Part shown: piece after piece, positions 63,776 to 64,000 of the stretch
How the letters are laid out: each line of letters begins with the position of its first letter
Position numbering within the stretch: the stretch's first letter is position 1
Source of the DNA: an uncultured virus (IMG/VR IMGVR_UViG_3300023292_000006)
Taxonomy: Duplodnaviria; Heunggongvirae; Uroviricota; Caudoviricetes
Strand: one strand, 5' to 3'
DNA: 64,000 nt
Virus record (IMG/VR): IMGVR_UViG_3300023292_000006
Translations under genes and position numbers: made by a program
The notes under the pieces: generated by a model
What the model was told of the DNA's origin: nothing
Database searches by the model: none
What the model saw: the letters and a program-made list of their open reading frames with translations, nothing else

Positions 63776-63998
63776 AATCTACTCCCATGTTCATACCTAT
63801 AAAATTGATAAAGTCGACGAGGATAGCTTCAATATGTCTTTGTTGAACCCGTTCCCCTTCTTCGATATCATTCATATGTCTATTCCTTTCCAATGATGGT
63901 TGAGCATCATTTTGATAATGAATAGCATATTCCCTACACATACTCAACAAATCTGATCTGGTAGAGATAGTGGTTGGATCAAGTCTATCAATAATTTG
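63729..63998 (-). CDS. Protein with DPD leader but no Zn finger (5'-truncated by window edge)
   Basis: The frame extends to the edge as QIIDRLDPTTISTRSDLLSMCREY.. Confidence 0.6.
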   Translation of the reverse strand, partial: QIIDRLDPTTISTRSDLLSMCREYAIHYQNDAQPSLERNRHMNDIEEGERVQQRHIEAILVDFINFIGMNMGVDYELYTCDLKNPVKHK

Positions 63999-64000
63999 TG

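Noticed and set aside
42418..64000. DPD-family repeats as a CRISPR array, integron cassette array or DGR
   Set aside because: The repeat is conserved at protein level with synonymous variation. I saw no identical DNA repeats, attC-like palindromes, TR/VR pair with adenine-specific differences, reverse transcriptase or integrase in the window.
1..64000. Stop-codon reassignment (code 15 or code 4)
   Set aside because: Conserved enzymes are full length in the standard code, and TAA, TAG and TGA all end genes at tight junctions; a single in-frame TGA is not enough evidence.
24310..64000. Short + strand ORFs opposite the - strand genes (and - strand ORFs within 1-24 kb)
   Set aside because: These are antisense shadows with no RBS or motifs, fully overlapping better-supported genes.

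Overview
AT-rich, gene-dense segment of a very large (jumbo/huge, T4-superfamily-like) bacteriophage genome using the standard code. No rRNA, tRNA or CRISPR array was recognised. The + strand (1-24.2 kb) carries a 13-gene glycan-modification cluster (glycosyltransferases, a sulfotransferase, methyltransferases), Ser-tract-bearing virion/tail-like proteins, a KhpA-like KH protein, a Nudix hydrolase, a probable u-spanin/holin pair and four Zn-finger/KYGV-repeat/PD-(D/E)XK putative homing endonucleases. A perfect 17-bp inverted repeat at 24256-24290 marks the strand switch. The - strand (24.3-64 kb) carries a fifth such endonuclease, nucleotide-metabolism genes (tmk, dCMP deaminase, intein-split thyX, MazG-like, PRTase, a queC-like gene frameshifted in a G7 run) and a long run of small accessory ORFs. 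The most striking feature is a family of about 33 small proteins with a constant [I/L]Ixx[L/I]DP[D/T] leader followed by a hypervariable C4 zinc finger. One member is fused to a stand-alone copy of the T4 gp23 Gol-peptide-like segment, and a second capsid-fragment ORF lies nearby. Also seen are a candidate kissing-loop ncRNA near 48.2 kb and a non-coding skew-switch region with phased repeats near 46 kb. All functional calls come from motif recognition by eye; no database searches were run.
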